DNA from: Chitinophagales bacterium
Lineage (GTDB): Bacteria; Bacteroidota; Bacteroidia; Chitinophagales; JAHDHT01
DNA length: 32,255 bases
Direction of reading: 5' to 3'
Assembly (NCBI GenBank): GCA_020631175.1
Contig: JAHDHT010000012.1
Coordinates: 4,494 to 36,748 of the forward strand
The first letter of the stretch is position 1. Every line of letters begins with the position of its first letter. A program made the position numbers and the translations under genes. Positions 30,920 through 32,255 of this stretch are shown in pieces. The notes below the pieces were generated by a model. It was not told where the DNA came from, did no database searches, and saw only the letters and a list, made by a program, of their open reading frames with translations.

Positions 30920-31123
30920 GTGCAGATTGATCCAAAGGATATGTTAAAACTTGCAGTACCAATTATGCTTATAGCAATTGGTGCTGCATTTTTTCTTTAC
31001 TTTGATGAGAGTGATCCGGTGCCCGGTTTTTATTACTTTCCTAAACTTATATTAAAAATTATTTGGTATCAGCTCGTTTTATTATCTGCAATTAATTTAC
31101 TGGTATATAAATCAAAGTTTTAA
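30920..31123 (+). CDS. Small 2-TM membrane protein, possible accessory subunit of the downstream SSS transporter
   Basis: Two hydrophobic helices ('LAVPIMLIAIGAAFFLYF', 'ILKIIWYQLVLLSAINLLVY'). Its stop overlaps the next start (TAATG at 31121-31125). Start is GTG 30920 or ATG 30941. Confidence 0.5.
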   Translation: MQIDPKDMLKLAVPIMLIAIGAAFFLYFDESDPVPGFYYFPKLILKIIWYQLVLLSAINLLVYKSKF

Positions 31124-32255
31124 TGGCAATTGCGGTCTTAATTATTTATTTAGTTGGGATGCTGTTGGTTGCCTGGTTCAGTAGACAATCGTCTGGCAAA
31201 TCTGATGCTGAAAGCTATTTTTTAGCAAATAGGGCAGTAGGTTCTGTTTTTCTCATTTTTACTTTTATTGCAACAAATTTTAGCGCATTCTTTTTTTTAG
31301 GATTTGCCGGGGAAGGATATAGAATTGGTTATTCATATTATGCCATCATGGCCTTTGGAACTTCATTGGCAGCAGTATCTGTTTATGTTTTAGGTATTAA
31401 AATCTGGGAAAAAGGAAAAGTTAATCAATATCTCACAGCCCCTGAATTTGTAGAAGGTGAAAGTGGTTCTTCATTTGCGAAATGGATATTTCTGATAATA
31501 ATGGTAACATTTACTTTACCATATATGGCAATCCAGCCTATAGGCGCAGGGTATATTATCGAAACACTTACTGATAGCACTATTAGCTATTATACCGGAG
31601 CATGTATACTCACCTTTTTTATGGTACTCTACGTTTTTACGGGAGGAATGAAATCTGTTGTAATTACAGATGTTATTCAAGGCATTTTAATGTTCGTGTT
31701 AATGTTTCTTGCTGTTTTCTGTATTGCAGATGATTTAGGTGGAATGAGTTTAGCAAACATAAATGCTTATGATATAGATTATACTTTGTTTGAACCAAGC
31801 GGTCGGAATAATGCTTTAAATTGGCAAAAATGGATTAGTTTATTAATGCTTTGGTTTTTTTGTGTACCAATGTTTCCTCAGCTTTTTTCAAGGTTTTTTA
31901 TTGCTAAAGATGAAAAAGCATTTAAATTAACTTCCTTTTTATATGCACTCGTTCCCGGTATACTATTTATTTGTCCGGTTATGATTGGTGTATTTGGTCA
32001 TATTTCTTTTCCAGGCTTAATCGGGAAAGAAGCCGATCAGATTTTACCTATGATGCTTGAAAAACACGCACCGGTTTGGTTGGCTGCTACTATTATGGTT
32101 GGAGCATTGGCGGCTTTTATGTCGACAATGGATAGTCAACTATTAGCATTAAGTACTATGATTACAAGAGATGTTATAAAGCCATTACTTAATATAAAAG
32201 ATGACCTGAAAAAACAAGTTCTATATGGAAGGATAATAATAGTTGTATTGTCTTT
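31123..32255 (+). CDS. Sodium:solute symporter (SSS) family transporter, 3'-partial (runs off the window; absent from the supplied ORF track)
   Basis: My own translation of frame 1 from ATG 31123 is open to the end of the window: 'MAIAVLIIYLVGMLLVAWFSRQSSGKSDAESYFLANRAVG...GGMKSVVITDVIQG...AAFMSTMDSQLLALS'. These are typical SSS motifs. Confidence 0.85.
   Translation, partial: MAIAVLIIYLVGMLLVAWFSRQSSGKSDAESYFLANRAVGSVFLIFTFIATNFSAFFFLGFAGEGYRIGYSYYAIMAFGTSLAAVSVYVLGIKIWEKGKVNQYLTAPEFVEGESGSSFAKWIFLIIMVTFTLPYMAIQPIGAGYIIETLTDSTISYYTGACILTFFMVLYVFTGGMKSVVITDVIQGILMFVLMFLAVFCIADDLGGMSLANINAYDIDYTLFEPSGRNNALNWQKWISLLMLWFFCVPMFPQLFSRFFIAKDEKAFKLTSFLYALVPGILFICPVMIGVFGHISFPGLIGKEADQILPMMLEKHAPVWLAATIMVGALAAFMSTMDSQLLALSTMITRDVIKPLLNIKDDLKKQVLYGRIIIVVLS

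Noticed and set aside
1-32255. Search for defence systems, toxin-antitoxin pairs, CRISPR arrays, integrases/transposases, and tRNA/rRNA genes.
   Set aside because: I recognised no matching motif, repeat-spacer periodicity or RNA structure on either strand. Apart from the two surface-protein genes, the window reads as core chromosome plus small catabolic and stress loci.

Overview
This is a visibly AT-rich chromosomal segment of Bacteroidota type. The evidence is T9SS C-terminal sorting domains, TAnnTTTG promoter boxes, a CarboxypepD_reg-type TonB receptor and an nqr operon; it is probably a marine Flavobacteriia-like organism. Layout, left to right: (1) Two adjacent giant, extremely acidic, cysteine-rich T9SS cargo genes (1..3150, 5'-partial; 3372..8192), each with its own terminator. 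(2) A complete Na+-NQR operon nqrABCDEF plus apbE (8407..15866), then ychF. (3) A minus-strand locus with a TonB-dependent receptor, a GH63-like glucosyl/mannosyl-glycerate hydrolase, an SSS transporter and a glycerate kinase (17040..23795), with a divergent AraC-family regulator. (4) A stand-alone fasciclin lipoprotein. (5) A minus-strand putative redox/stress operon: alpha/beta-hydrolase-OsmC fusion, exported DUF255 thioredoxin-domain protein and HXXEE membrane protein. (6) A SAM-methyltransferase, a small 2-TM protein and a second SSS transporter that runs off the 3' edge and is missing from the ORF track. I saw no tRNA/rRNA, CRISPR, transposase/integrase or recognisable defence genes. The most unusual signals are in the two giant surface-protein genes. 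One has 1,546 consecutive codons with no lysine and only 2 arginines. It is built from an 8-cysteine module of about 165-173 aa with near-invariant Cys spacing: six tandem copies, plus a seventh in the neighbouring gene. I cannot assign this module to a named family. Secondary points are an OmpA-like C-terminal extension on NqrC, an intrinsic-terminator hairpin inside the apbE signal-peptide codons, and a compatible-solute (glucosyl-/mannosylglycerate) scavenging locus. All family assignments come from motif recognition by eye, not database searches.
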